DNA from: Myxococcota bacterium
GTDB taxonomy: Bacteria > Myxococcota_A > UBA9160 > JAFDDA01
Direction of reading: 5' to 3'
NCBI GenBank assembly: GCA_965228475.1
Contig: OZ245817.1
Coordinates: forward strand, 736,001 to 800,000
DNA: 64,000 nt
The notes under the pieces are model-generated. The model saw nothing but the letters and a program-made list of their open reading frames with translations, was not told the origin of the DNA and searched no databases. The translations under genes and the position numbers were made by a program. The first letter of the stretch is position 1. Each line of letters begins with the position of its first letter. Of this stretch, positions 35,827-46,468 are shown piece by piece.

Positions 35827-36101
35827 GCGGCGTGAGGGTCGCCCTCGTGTTCGCGCTGCTCGCGGCCTGGCCGCGCGCCGCCGAGGCCTGCTCGGTCTGT
35901 TTCTCGACGACCGACGAGAACCGCGTGGCCTTCATCGTGACGACGATCTTCCTCTCCGCGGCGCCCCTCGCGATCCTCTTCGGGATCGGCTCCTGGCTGC
36001 GCCGCAGGATCCTGGCTTCCGAGCAGGCGCACGATGCCGCGCGGCAGGCCGGAGCCTCCTCCGCCGCCGAGCCCACGGCGCCCGTCGCACGCCGCGCCTG
36101 A
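35823..36101 (+). CDS. Small exported/membrane protein with CxxC
   Basis: GTGA overlap. VRVALVFALLAAWPRAAEA-CSVCF...AFIVTTIFLS..PL TM. Confidence 0.65.
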   Translation: MSGVRVALVFALLAAWPRAAEACSVCFSTTDENRVAFIVTTIFLSAAPLAILFGIGSWLRRRILASEQAHDAARQAGASSAAEPTAPVARRA

Positions 36102-36119
36102 CCGGGCGGACCGCGCCAG

Positions 36120-36782
36120 GTGACCGTCGGCTACCACGTCGCGGGCGTCGTCAACCTCGTCTTCTACGCCATCGCCCTGGCCGGCACGGCGCACCAGCTG
36201 GCCGTGCTGCGCGGGGCCCGCGCCGCCGGCGACGCCCGCGCGATCGCCGTCGTCTCGCTGAACCAGCTCGCGGTCTCGTTCCTCGCCTACTACGCGTTCT
36301 TCGTCTACGGCTACTGCGTCCGGCCCTTCAACCACTACCTCGTGTGGCCGCGCCTGGTGGGGGTGCTCCTCGTGCTCGCGATCCTCATCGAGCTGGCGCG
36401 GGCCCGGCCCGACCGCCGAGCGCGCCTCGCCGCAACCCTCGCCGCGTGGCTGCTCCTCCCGGCGCTCGGGCTCCTCGTCTTCGCGCCGGAGCTCGCCCCG
36501 GAGGCGAAGCGCCTGCCCCAGGTCCTCTCCGTCGGCGCCGCGGTCCTGGTGGTCCAGGGCTACCTGCATCAGATCGCGCTGGTGCGCCGGGCGGGGGAGG
36601 GCGGCGCGGTCTCGTTCTGGATGCACCTCGGAACCTTCATCAAGGATTTCTCCCTGGCCGGCCTCGGCCTCGCGATGGGCCTCGCCGCCGGCTGGCCGCT
36701 CGTGCTGATGGGGGGCGCGAGCGTGGCGGTGAAGGCCGTCCTGATCGCCGAGCTGCTTCGTCGCCGACGAGGTGCTGGATAG
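36120..36782 (+). CDS. Multi-TM membrane protein, possibly PQ-loop/SWEET-like
   Basis: About 7 hydrophobic segments with two related HQL/HQI...VS repeats. Confidence 0.55.
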   Translation: MTVGYHVAGVVNLVFYAIALAGTAHQLAVLRGARAAGDARAIAVVSLNQLAVSFLAYYAFFVYGYCVRPFNHYLVWPRLVGVLLVLAILIELARARPDRRARLAATLAAWLLLPALGLLVFAPELAPEAKRLPQVLSVGAAVLVVQGYLHQIALVRRAGEGGAVSFWMHLGTFIKDFSLAGLGLAMGLAAGWPLVLMGGASVAVKAVLIAELLRRRRGAG

Positions 36783-36875
36783 TTCCGCCGAAGCGGCTCG
36801 GGACTTCCCCGGACCTCACCGCGGCTCGACCGAAGCGCCCTAACGGCGGAGCGCGTGCGGGTCGAAGAGTCCCGA

Positions 36876-37520
36876 ATGGGAAGCGAATTCGACGGCTCGG
36901 CCTGGCCGAAGGGGACGGTGGTCTCCCTCTCGCGGCTCGCCGGCCGCGGCCAGGCGATGGCGCGGGCCCTCGGGCTGGGCGCGCTGGTCGACGGGGTCGA
37001 CGTCGGCTGCACGCTGCGGGTGCGGCTCGACTCGGGGCGGGCGCTCGAGGTCAGCGCGATCGAAGGCATCGAAGTCGTCGACGATGCGACGCTGCGGATC
37101 GAGACGGCGAACCATCGCTACGAGATGCGTCGCGTCGCGGGCGGCGCCCCGTCGCCCGAAGGAACGCCCTCGATGTTCGACCGCTCCGGGCGCTCGGCGG
37201 ACCCGGAGGCCACCGGGGTCATCCACTACGAGCCGGAGCTCGACGCCCGGCCCGGAGTCTTCGAGGAGGGTTCCCGCGTCCACGTCGTGCAGCTCGACCG
37301 CGACGAGCGCATCGACCTCGGTTCGTGCCGGCTCCTCGGCGGACTCGCGCCCGGTGAGCCCCTCGGCATCGCCACCCCGGGCGGGGTCGTCAGCACGAGT
37401 CCGGTGGCGAAGATCCGGCGCTGCGACGACGGCTCGGTCGAAGTGTCGACCGCGAACCGCAGCTACCGGCTGACCCTCGAGCCGGCCGAAGGCGGCGTCG
37501 GCGAGGGGGCCGAAGCGTGA
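36876..37520 (+). CDS. Hypothetical protein with tandem duplicated small domain
   Basis: Two halves ending VSAIEGIEVVDDATLRIETANHRYEM and TSPVAKIRRCDDGSVEVSTANRSYRL. GTGA-coupled to the next gene. Confidence 0.65.
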   Translation: MGSEFDGSAWPKGTVVSLSRLAGRGQAMARALGLGALVDGVDVGCTLRVRLDSGRALEVSAIEGIEVVDDATLRIETANHRYEMRRVAGGAPSPEGTPSMFDRSGRSADPEATGVIHYEPELDARPGVFEEGSRVHVVQLDRDERIDLGSCRLLGGLAPGEPLGIATPGGVVSTSPVAKIRRCDDGSVEVSTANRSYRLTLEPAEGGVGEGAEA

Positions 37521-39280
37521 GCGACGCCGCGCCCAACACGCCGACCGTTCGCGAGCTCGCCCGCGAGGCCGCCGCGCGCGTGCGCGCCGAGAACGCCGCG
37601 GCCGAGGCCTCGACGGCCCTCGGCCAGCTTCGCATCGTGCTCGAGGCGACGGCCGACCTCGTCGCGATCGAGGGCGGCGGCGGGCTCGACTACGCAAATC
37701 CCGCTGCACGTGGCTTCTTCGGGCTCGGCGCGGACGGGGAGGCCGAGGTCTCCCTGCGCAGCCTCGTCTCCAGCGGCGACCGGAGGGTCTTCGATCAGGC
37801 GCTGCAGTCCCTCGAAGACGCCGCGGTGTGGTCCGGCGAGCTGTCCTTCGAGCGCGCCGATGGCGCCGTGGTTCCGTTCTCGACGGTTCTGGTCGACGCC
37901 GGGGACGACTCCGGCGTGCTCCGGCCGGCAGCGCTGTGCCGCGACCTCTCGATCCAGAAGAGCTACGAGGCGGATCTCGAAGCCCGGCTCTACACGGACG
38001 ACGTGACCCGTCTCCCGAACCGGAAGCGCTTCCTCGAGGATGCGGCCCAGGCCATCCGCAACGCGGGAGCGAGGCCCGAATCCGTCGGCCTGCTCGTCGT
38101 CGACCTCGACCGGTTCCGGCTCGTGAACGACACGCTCGGGCCGGAGGCCGGCGACCGGATCCTGAGCGCCGTCGCCGACCGCATCCAGGGCGTGGTCCGC
38201 CCGGAGGACGTCGTGGCGCGACTCGGCGCCGACGAGTTCGCGGTCCTGTGCGAAGGCATCGGCCCCGACACCCTGGCCCAGGTCGCCGAGCGGGTGCGCG
38301 GCTCCCTCGATCATGCCTTCACCGTCGACCGCCGCGATCTCTACATGACCGCGAGCGTCGGGATGGTGGCCGCCTCGGGCCGGCGCAACCGGCCCGAAAC
38401 CCTGCTCCAGGACGCGAGCGCGGCCCTGCATCGTGCCAAGGACGGCGGCCGCAACCGCGCCGAGGCCTTCGACCCCGTGCGGCGGCTCGAGGCGCGCGCC
38501 CGGCTCGAGATCGAGCAGGAACTCCGCAGCGCCCTGCGCCGCGGCGAGTTGAAGCTCGTCTATCAGAAGGAAGTCTGGCTCGGCAGCGGGGATCTGGTCT
38601 GCCTCGAGGCCCTCCTGCGCTGGACCCATCCGAAGCTCGGGCCCGTCTCGCCCGAGGAGTTCGTTCCGATCGCCGAGTCGACCGGGCTCATGCTGCCGAT
38701 CGGGGAGTGGGTCGTCGCGGAGGTCTGCCGGCAGATCCGCGAATGGGAGGCCGAGGGTCTGCAGGGGACGAGCGTCTCGGTCAACGTCTCGCCGCGGCAG
38801 CTCGCGAGCCCGCACTTCGTCGAGCGCGTCCGCGGCATCGTCGAGAGCAACGGCGTGAAGCCCGAGCAGATCAATCTCGAGGTGACGGAGTCGATGATGG
38901 TCGACCACTCGCGGACGGTGATCGGGCGCCTGCGCAGCCTTCGCGAGGCCGGCTTCACGCTGATCCTCGACGACTTCGGGACCGGCTACTCCTCCCTGAG
39001 CCAGCTGCGGAACCTGCCCTTCAGCGTGCTGAAGATCGACAAGTCCTTCGTGCTCGACCTGATCGAGAACCCGCGAGACCGCCCGCTCGTCGACGCGATG
39101 ATCCGCATGGCCCACGCGCTCGGACGGATGGTCGTGGCGGAGGGCGTCGAGTCCCAGGCCCACGCGGACGTCCTGCGCGAGCTCTCGTGCGAGATGGCCC
39201 AGGGCTGGCACTTCGGGCGGCCGGCGAGCGGCGCCGAGATCACCGAGCTGCTCCTGCGCGAGGCCGCCAAGGAACGTTAG
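37517..39280 (+). CDS. PAS-GGDEF-EAL c-di-GMP metabolising protein
   Basis: PAS, LPNR, RPED I-site, GADEF, EALLRW, DDFGTGYSSL, KIDKSF, AEGVE, QGW. Confidence 0.93.
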   Translation: MSDAAPNTPTVRELAREAAARVRAENAAAEASTALGQLRIVLEATADLVAIEGGGGLDYANPAARGFFGLGADGEAEVSLRSLVSSGDRRVFDQALQSLEDAAVWSGELSFERADGAVVPFSTVLVDAGDDSGVLRPAALCRDLSIQKSYEADLEARLYTDDVTRLPNRKRFLEDAAQAIRNAGARPESVGLLVVDLDRFRLVNDTLGPEAGDRILSAVADRIQGVVRPEDVVARLGADEFAVLCEGIGPDTLAQVAERVRGSLDHAFTVDRRDLYMTASVGMVAASGRRNRPETLLQDASAALHRAKDGGRNRAEAFDPVRRLEARARLEIEQELRSALRRGELKLVYQKEVWLGSGDLVCLEALLRWTHPKLGPVSPEEFVPIAESTGLMLPIGEWVVAEVCRQIREWEAEGLQGTSVSVNVSPRQLASPHFVERVRGIVESNGVKPEQINLEVTESMMVDHSRTVIGRLRSLREAGFTLILDDFGTGYSSLSQLRNLPFSVLKIDKSFVLDLIENPRDRPLVDAMIRMAHALGRMVVAEGVESQAHADVLRELSCEMAQGWHFGRPASGAEITELLLREAAKER

Positions 39281-39284
39281 GGCG

Positions 39285-41912
39285 CTAGCCCACGATGTTG
39301 ACGAGTCGCCCGGGGACCACGATCACCTTCTTCGGCGCGCGTCCCTCGAGGAACTTCTGCACGCGCTCCGAGGCGAGGGCGGCCGCTTCGACGGCGTCCT
39401 TCCCGGCCTCCGCGGGGACCTGGATCTCGTCGCGGCGCTTGCCGTTGACCTGAACCGCGAGGGTGATCGTGTCTTCCACCAGCATCGCCGGGTCCGCTTC
39501 GGGCCAGGGGGCGTAGGCGAGGGACTCGCCGTGGCCGAGCTTGCTCCACAGCTCCTCGGCGATGTGCGGCGCCATCGGCGCGAGCAGCAGGACGAACGCT
39601 TCGGCCGCCGCCCGCGGCACCGGGTCGCCGACGTCGCGCACGAAGATCATCAGCTTGGAGATGGCCGTGTTGAAGCTCATGGCCTCCATGTCGCGGGTCA
39701 CGCCGTCGATCGTCCGGGCGAGGAGGCGCCGCTGCTCTTCACTCCCTTCGCCGTCGGGGAGCGCGCGCAGGGCGTCGCCCTCGTCCTCGTCGACGAGGAG
39801 CCGCCACGAGCGCTGGAGGAAGCGGTAGACGCCCTGGGTGCCGTCCGTCGACCACGGGGCGCCCTTCTCGAGCGGGCCCATGAACATCTCGTAGAGGCGC
39901 ATGGCGTCGGCGCCGAGGTCGGCCACGACTTCGTCCGGCGAGATCACGTTGCCGCGGCTCTTCGACATCTTCTCGCTGACCTCCTCGAGCGGGAGGTCGT
40001 CGATGTCCGGGTGGAGCGGCGTGCCGTCTTCGTCACGGCGGACGTCGGCGAGGTTCACCCAGCGGGCCTTCACCTCGGTGTCGGTCGGGACGTGGATGGC
40101 GCGCTCCGCGCGAACACTCACCTGGGAGGCCGGAACGGCACGGGCTTCGAACGACGGGTCGTCGGCGAGGTTGTCGTCGTAGTAGCGGTAGCTGTAGCCC
40201 TGGACCATGCCCTGATTCACGAGGCGCTGGAACGGCTCCTTCGTGTGGACGAGGCCGAGGTCGTAGAAGACCTTGTGCCAGAAGCGCGCGTAGAGCAGAT
40301 GGAGGACGGCGTGCTCGGCGCCGCCGACGTAGAGGTCGACCGGCATCCAGTAGCGCTCCGCCTCCTCGGACCAGGCGGCATCCGGGTTCTGCGCGTCGCA
40401 GAAGCGCAGGTAGTACCAGCAGCTCCCGGCCCACTGGGGCATGGTGTTCGCGTCGCGCTCGGCGGGCTGGCCCGTCGACGGGTCCGTCGTCTGGATCCAA
40501 TCGTCGACCCGGGCGAGGGGGGAGCGGAAGTCGCCGCTCGGCTTGAAGTCGTCGAGCTCCGGGAGCAGGAGCGGGAGCTCCTCGAGCGGGAGAAGCTTCG
40601 TCGTGCCGTCCTCGCAGTGGATCAGCGGGAAGGGTTCACCCCAGTAGCGCTGTCGGCTGAAGAGCCAGTCGCGAAGCTTGTACGTCACCTCCGCTTCGCC
40701 GCGGCCGTGCTCGACGAGCCAGTCGATCATGCGGCGCTTGGCGTCGGGCGTGGCGAGCCCGTCGAGGAAGTCCGAGTTCACCGCGGAGCCCACGCCGGGG
40801 AAGGCGGCCTCCTCGACGTTGCCCCCGGAGACGACCTCCACGATCGGCAGGTCGAAGGTGCGGGCGAAGGCCCAGTCGCGCTCGTCGTGCCCGGGTACGG
40901 CCATGATGGCGCCGGTGCCGTAGGTGGCGAGGACGTAGTCCGCGATCCAGACCGGGATGCGCTCGCCGCTCACCGGGTGCACGGCGAAGGCGCCGGTATC
41001 GACGCCGGTCTTCTCGTCGGTGTCCGCCGTGCGGAGACGCTCGCTCTTGTGCTTCACGAGATCGACGTAGGCCGTGACGTCGGCGCGCCGGTCTTCGCGG
41101 GTGATCTTCTCGACGAGCGGGTGCTCCGGCGCGAGCACCATGTAGGTCGCACCGAAGAGCGTGTCCGGCCGCGTCGTGAAGACCTCGATCGTCTCGCCCG
41201 GGTGGTCGGCGAGATCGAAGGTGATGCGCGCGCCCTCGGACCGGCCGATCCAATCGCGCTGCATCTTCTTGATGGCCTCGGGCCAGTCCAGCCCTTCGAG
41301 GTCCTCGATCAGCCGGTCCGCGTAGGCGGTGATCTTCAGCATCCACTGGCGCATCGGCCGCCGCTCGACGGGGTGCCCGCCGACCTCGCTCTTGCCGTCG
41401 ATCACCTCTTCGTTCGCGAGCACGGTGCCGAGCGCCGGGCACCAGTTCACCGGCACCTCCGCCTGGTAGGCGAGCCCGCGCTCGTGGAGCTTCGTGAAGA
41501 TCCACTGGGTCCACTTCACGTAGCCCGGGTCCGTCGTGTCGACCTCGCGGGACCAGTCGTAGCTGAAGCCGAGCGAGCGGATCTGGCGCTTGAAGTTGGC
41601 GATGTTGCGCGCCGTGGTCTCACGCGGGTGCGTGCCGGTCTTGACCGCGTACTGTTCGGCCGGGAGGCCGAAGGCGTCCCAGCCCATGGGGTGCAGCACC
41701 GCGAAGCCGCGCATCCGCTTGTAGCGGGCGACGAAGTCCGTCGCCGTGTAGCCCTTCGGGTGGCCGACGTGCAGCCCGTCGCCGGAGGGGTAGGGGAACA
41801 TGTCGAGGACGTAGTACTTGGGCTTGTCCGGGTCGATCTCCGCCCGGAACGTCTCGTGCTCTTCCCAATGGGCCTGCCAGCGGGCCTCGATGGACTTCGG
41901 ATCGTACGGCAT
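39285..41912 (-). CDS. leuS: Leucine--tRNA ligase
   Basis: [69 protein letters not shown]. Confidence 0.97.
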   Translation of the reverse strand: MPYDPKSIEARWQAHWEEHETFRAEIDPDKPKYYVLDMFPYPSGDGLHVGHPKGYTATDFVARYKRMRGFAVLHPMGWDAFGLPAEQYAVKTGTHPRETTARNIANFKRQIRSLGFSYDWSREVDTTDPGYVKWTQWIFTKLHERGLAYQAEVPVNWCPALGTVLANEEVIDGKSEVGGHPVERRPMRQWMLKITAYADRLIEDLEGLDWPEAIKKMQRDWIGRSEGARITFDLADHPGETIEVFTTRPDTLFGATYMVLAPEHPLVEKITREDRRADVTAYVDLVKHKSERLRTADTDEKTGVDTGAFAVHPVSGERIPVWIADYVLATYGTGAIMAVPGHDERDWAFARTFDLPIVEVVSGGNVEEAAFPGVGSAVNSDFLDGLATPDAKRRMIDWLVEHGRGEAEVTYKLRDWLFSRQRYWGEPFPLIHCEDGTTKLLPLEELPLLLPELDDFKPSGDFRSPLARVDDWIQTTDPSTGQPAERDANTMPQWAGSCWYYLRFCDAQNPDAAWSEEAERYWMPVDLYVGGAEHAVLHLLYARFWHKVFYDLGLVHTKEPFQRLVNQGMVQGYSYRYYDDNLADDPSFEARAVPASQVSVRAERAIHVPTDTEVKARWVNLADVRRDEDGTPLHPDIDDLPLEEVSEKMSKSRGNVISPDEVVADLGADAMRLYEMFMGPLEKGAPWSTDGTQGVYRFLQRSWRLLVDEDEGDALRALPDGEGSEEQRRLLARTIDGVTRDMEAMSFNTAISKLMIFVRDVGDPVPRAAAEAFVLLLAPMAPHIAEELWSKLGHGESLAYAPWPEADPAMLVEDTITLAVQVNGKRRDEIQVPAEAGKDAVEAAALASERVQKFLEGRAPKKVIVVPGRLVNIVG

Positions 41913-42037
41913 GGGCGGAGAGTGCCGGTGCCTCCGGTCCCAGTCAACGCCGTCGCGGCGGCTTCGAACGATGCTCACCGGCCGTCGAGGGCGGGCGCGC
42001 CGCCCCAACCCCGGGCCCCCCTGCTAGCCTGCCGTCC

Positions 42038-42847
42038 ATGGGCACCAGCGCGAAACGCGACCGGCAGATCGTGGTCGTCTCCGACGGGACGGGAGACACG
42101 GCCGGCGCCCTCGTGCGCGCGGCGATGGCGCAATTCTCGACGCCGTGGCGGCTGCGCATCTTCGGCGGCGTCCGGCACAAGTCCCAGCTTCGCCGGCCCG
42201 TGGACCAGGCGGCGCAGGACGGCGCGCTGCTCGTCTTCACCCTCGTCGACCGGGAGGTCGCGCGCTCGCTGCTCGAGGCGGCCAAGCGCAACGGCCTCGC
42301 CGCCGTCGACCTGCTCGAGCCCGTCATGGGCAGCATCGCCTCCCACCTCTCGGCCGAGCCGCGCCGGGAGCCGGGCATCCTCCACGGCTTCAACGACGAG
42401 TACTTCCAACGGGTCGAGGCGGTGGAGTTCGCCGTCCGCCACGACGACGGCGCGAACCTCCGCACCCTGTTCCAGGCCGACCTCGTGCTGACCGGCCCCT
42501 CGCGCACGTCGAAGACGCCGCTCTCGATGTATCTGGCCCAACGGGGCTTCAAGACCGGGAACGTCCCGCTCGTCCCGGGCATCGAGCCGCCGAAGGAGCT
42601 GCTCGAGCTCGACCCGGGCAAGGTGATCGGGCTGCTCGCCCAGTCCGAGGTGCTCGAGACCGTCCGGCGCGCGCGCGTCCACCGGCTCGGGCGCTCTCCC
42701 TACTCGTCCTACTCCGAGTCCGAGGCCGTCGAGCAGGAGCTCGTCTTCGCGCGGCGGCTCTATCGCGAGCGTGGCTGGCGCAGCGTCGACATCACCGGCC
42801 GCGCCGTCGAGGAGAACGCGGCGCGCATCCTCGAAGTCAACGAGTAG
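42038..42847 (+). CDS. ppsR: Pyruvate,water dikinase/PPDK regulatory protein (DUF299)
   Basis: SDGTGDTA, YFQRVEAVEFAVRHDDG, SRTSKTPLSMYLA, AVEENA. Confidence 0.9.
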   Translation: MGTSAKRDRQIVVVSDGTGDTAGALVRAAMAQFSTPWRLRIFGGVRHKSQLRRPVDQAAQDGALLVFTLVDREVARSLLEAAKRNGLAAVDLLEPVMGSIASHLSAEPRREPGILHGFNDEYFQRVEAVEFAVRHDDGANLRTLFQADLVLTGPSRTSKTPLSMYLAQRGFKTGNVPLVPGIEPPKELLELDPGKVIGLLAQSEVLETVRRARVHRLGRSPYSSYSESEAVEQELVFARRLYRERGWRSVDITGRAVEENAARILEVNE

Positions 42848-42860
42848 GGCCGGACGAGAA

Positions 42861-42888
42861 GGGGCGGAGCTGCAAGCAGCCCCGCCCC
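42861..42888. terminator. GC-rich hairpin between convergent genes
   Basis: GGGGCGGAGCTGC-AA-GCAGCCCCGCCCC, with no clear U-tract. Confidence 0.4.
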
Positions 42889-42912
42889 TCGTGCGATCCA
42901 GCGAGCCGCAGG

Positions 42913-45900
42913 CTAGTCGTCCCGCATGCCCTTCTGCCGCTCGAGCTCCTTGTGGGCCTCGAGCGATTCCATCTGGTCCTCGGTCAGCAGCGCGGTGGCC
43001 ACCTTCGGGCGCAGGATGGAGTAGAAGGCCGGCACGATCGTGAGCGCGCCGAGCATGTTGATGACCATGAGGATCACCAGCAGCTGGGCCATCTCGGCCT
43101 GGAAGCGCAGGTTCGAGAACATCCACAGGGCGATGCCGCCGACGATGGTGGTGGCCGTGAAGCTCACCGCCATGCCGGTGGTACGGACGCTCCGTCTCAC
43201 CGCTTCGTCGATGTCTTCGGTATCGACCACCTCCTGTCGGATGCGGTCCACGATGTAGATCGCGTAGTCGACGCCGATGCCGACGCCCACCGACTGCACC
43301 GGCAGGGTGTTGATGTTCAGGCCGACGCCGCGCACGGCCATGTAGGCCAGGGAGAGCATCGTCGCCGTTGCGATCTGCAACAGGATGATGAAGCCCGACG
43401 GCACCGACTTGTACGTCACCGAGTGCAGCACGAAGATCACGAAGAAGATGAGCGAGATGTTCGCCACGTGGCTCCGCTCGACTTCGTCGTTGATCGCGGC
43501 CAGAACGCCCATCGTGCCGCCGGCCATCACGAACTGCATGCCGCGCGTCCAGCTGTTGGTGAGCTGGTAGGCCGGCTTGGAGTCGACCGCCTTCGTGTCC
43601 ATCACGAGCAGGCGGTTCGTGTCCACCTCGACGGCGCGAATGCCGAGCTCGGTGCTCTCGAACCACTGACCGACGTCACCCTCTTCCCAGGTGCCGAGGA
43701 TCTCGGGCCACGGGAAGTGCTCGTCTTCGGGCCAGTCCCAGAGCGTGTTCTCGTAGTCCTCGTGCGCCGCGGCCTGGAACTCCTCGAGCCACTCGGGCAG
43801 TCCGTCCTCGTCCGCCGTCTTCACGGGCAGGGATTCGTAGCTGCCGTCGTCCTGACGGACGCGCACGGTGAGCGTGTGGTGACGGGTGGGAAGCAGCGGG
43901 CCGAGCATGTAGTACCACATGTCCATCAGCTTCTCGGGGTCCGTGTAGCCCGCGTCCTGATGCGCTTCGTCGCGGTCGAGCCGCACCGAGACCTCACCCG
44001 TCGGGTGGTTCTTGATGTACTCCTCCGCGAAGTGCACCACCCGGACGATCGTCTCGCCCTTGTGGTCCGGATAGAAGAACGAGATGTTCGCGTCCTTGCC
44101 CTCGTCGGTCATGTAGGGGCGCAGGAAGCCGGGCGGACCGTTCGTCTGGAGCTGGAAGATGATCTGGCGCACCGTCGCCTGGTCGTCGGGCACGAAGCCC
44201 CACTTCGGGTCGCCGTAGTGGTTCATCTGCCAGGAGCCCGCGATGAAGGGCACGAGCGAGAGCGTCGCGCCGAGGTTCGTGCGCTCCTTCATGTAGCGCT
44301 CGAACTCCTCCATCCGGAGCACGGGCTTGGCGTCGCCGCTGGCGTTGGGGCGGTCGCCGGCCGAGTAGATCACGATCTGATCGACGCCGCCGAAGCGGTC
44401 TGCGATCTCGCCGGTGGCGACGTTGAACTCGTGATTCGGCCACAGGAGCGGTGAGCCCGGCGTGGCCTGGCCGACCTTCGAGTGGAAGAGCGCCATCCAC
44501 GAACCCCAGATGAAGAGCACCACCGTGATGCCGCCCACGATGAACTTGCCGGGCGACGTGGTGGTGATGTTCCCGATGGCGCGTGTGAAGGCGACCATCG
44601 CTTGGGGCAGGAAGTGCTCGTGCTCCTTCGGGGCCGGCAGGTAGCAGATCATCACCGGGTGGAGGATCTCCACCGTGGCGAGAATCGAGAGCACCCAGAA
44701 GGCACCGAACTCGGCCAGGTCCCGCATCTGCGGGATCGTGGTCACCATGATCACGAGCAGGCCCGCGACGTCGGTGATGATGCCGAGCGTGCCCGGGACG
44801 ACCAGCTCGCCCATGGCGATGGTGGCCGCTTCGACCTTCGCCTTCTCCGGATCCTCGTATTGGGGCGCGAGGATCTCGTAGTCCTCGAAGAACCGCTCGG
44901 CCATCTGCACGGTGTGCGAGATGGCGCGCGCGGTGATGATCATCGGGATCACGAGGACCAGCGGGTCGAAGGTGATGCCGCGCCAACCCGTGTAGCCCGT
45001 GCCCCAGATCACCGTCGCGACGGCGGCGATGAAGGGGATGAGCACGCCGTGGAGCCGCCGGAAGTAGGCGAGCAGCAGGGCGAAGATCATCAGGACCGTC
45101 AGCACGACGAACAGGCCGATCTCGTAGGCGTGCTTCAGGATCCAGCCGACGTGGACCGGTTCGCCCGAGACGAAGACCTGGAGATCGCAGCCGGCGGGCC
45201 ATTGGCTCTCGGTGCTCGAGGTCGTGAACAGGCGGGTGACCGAGCTCGTGACGCGGCTCGCGAAGCGCGTGATCGCACCGCCGGACTCACCCGGATGGCA
45301 GGCGGGGTCCTCGAACTCGTACTTGATCCCCTGGATGTGGTCGAAGACGGACTGATAGACCTCGCGGCCCGAGAGCCGGTCGGTGACGAAGCCGGCGGTG
45401 ATCAGCGCACCCTTCTCGTCCTTCGAAACCAGGCGACCGTAGATGAACGGCGGGTTCTGGAGAACGAGCTCCCGGAGCGCGTCGGCTTCCGCCTGGGTCT
45501 CCGGCAGCTTCTTCATGAGCAGGTCCGAGGTGATCGAGCCGTCGGGCTCGATCTGGATCACCCGCGTGCTGCGGTGGGAGACCGACCGGATCTGGTCGTG
45601 GTTGACCGGATAAGGGGGGAACTCCCGGTCGAGGATCTTGTTCAGCTCCGAGGTCTCGATGTCCTCGTTCGCTTCCTCGAGCTCTTCGCGTCGCGCTTCG
45701 CGCGCTTCGGTCTGGCTGTCGTAGCCGATGCCGTCGAGGCGCTGCGTGATCTTCTGGATCTTCTCGAGGCGCTCCGGCGTGAAGATCGTGCCGTCCCGCA
45801 CGACGACCGCGACCGCGACGAGGGAGCCGCTGCCGAACTCCTTCGCGAACTTGTCCTGGGCGTGGATGAACGGGTGGTCCGGCCAGAGCGCCCGCGCCTC

Positions 45901-46092
45901 GGTGTCGACCCGGACGATGGGTCCGGGCAGGGGCGAGCCGAGGCCCGTCATGATGGCGTTCACCATCGGGTAGAGGAAGAACAGCGTTGCGAGAATCAGC
46001 GCAACCGCGATTCCAAAACGCTGGCGCACCACCCACCGCGCAAAACGAAGACTCCCGGTATCCCGAGCGTGGGAGACGGGTTCGTTGGACAT
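42913..46092 (-). CDS. MMPL/RND superfamily transporter
   Basis: Two repeats of 1 TM + large periplasmic domain + 5 TM. Motifs ARAISHTVQ, TDVAG, GVGIGVDYAIY, TGMAV. Confidence 0.88.
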   Translation of the reverse strand: MSNEPVSHARDTGSLRFARWVVRQRFGIAVALILATLFFLYPMVNAIMTGLGSPLPGPIVRVDTEARALWPDHPFIHAQDKFAKEFGSGSLVAVAVVVRDGTIFTPERLEKIQKITQRLDGIGYDSQTEAREARREELEEANEDIETSELNKILDREFPPYPVNHDQIRSVSHRSTRVIQIEPDGSITSDLLMKKLPETQAEADALRELVLQNPPFIYGRLVSKDEKGALITAGFVTDRLSGREVYQSVFDHIQGIKYEFEDPACHPGESGGAITRFASRVTSSVTRLFTTSSTESQWPAGCDLQVFVSGEPVHVGWILKHAYEIGLFVVLTVLMIFALLLAYFRRLHGVLIPFIAAVATVIWGTGYTGWRGITFDPLVLVIPMIITARAISHTVQMAERFFEDYEILAPQYEDPEKAKVEAATIAMGELVVPGTLGIITDVAGLLVIMVTTIPQMRDLAEFGAFWVLSILATVEILHPVMICYLPAPKEHEHFLPQAMVAFTRAIGNITTTSPGKFIVGGITVVLFIWGSWMALFHSKVGQATPGSPLLWPNHEFNVATGEIADRFGGVDQIVIYSAGDRPNASGDAKPVLRMEEFERYMKERTNLGATLSLVPFIAGSWQMNHYGDPKWGFVPDDQATVRQIIFQLQTNGPPGFLRPYMTDEGKDANISFFYPDHKGETIVRVVHFAEEYIKNHPTGEVSVRLDRDEAHQDAGYTDPEKLMDMWYYMLGPLLPTRHHTLTVRVRQDDGSYESLPVKTADEDGLPEWLEEFQAAAHEDYENTLWDWPEDEHFPWPEILGTWEEGDVGQWFESTELGIRAVEVDTNRLLVMDTKAVDSKPAYQLTNSWTRGMQFVMAGGTMGVLAAINDEVERSHVANISLIFFVIFVLHSVTYKSVPSGFIILLQIATATMLSLAYMAVRGVGLNINTLPVQSVGVGIGVDYAIYIVDRIRQEVVDTEDIDEAVRRSVRTTGMAVSFTATTIVGGIALWMFSNLRFQAEMAQLLVILMVINMLGALTIVPAFYSILRPKVATALLTEDQMESLEAHKELERQKGMRDD

Positions 46093-46468
46093 GCTTCCCC
46101 CTGAGACGAGCCGATCATTTCCGGCCGTTCGAACGTTCTAACGACGCCGACGCCCCTCGGACCGATTCAGGTCGACCCGTCGCCGCGCGCACATACCCCG
46201 CCGTCAGCCACCCCTCCCGGGCCGGGAAAGCGCCAGCGCGCCGTCCCGACCCGTCCGTGGCCGGTCCGGTCCAAGGAAGATTTCCTGAGGGCCGAAGCGG
46301 AGGTGGGGGGGCCAATTGCGGCGGCCAGTATACGACGGCGAGCCGCGGTTTCGACGAAAAGTCACGCCAGCGAAACCATCTTGGCGCCCACCGGGTGCGG
46401 CCCGGCGGGGCCGGGTGCCCCCGAGACGGCCGATGGGGCGCGGTTTTCCGGCGTGCTACGCAGGGGCG

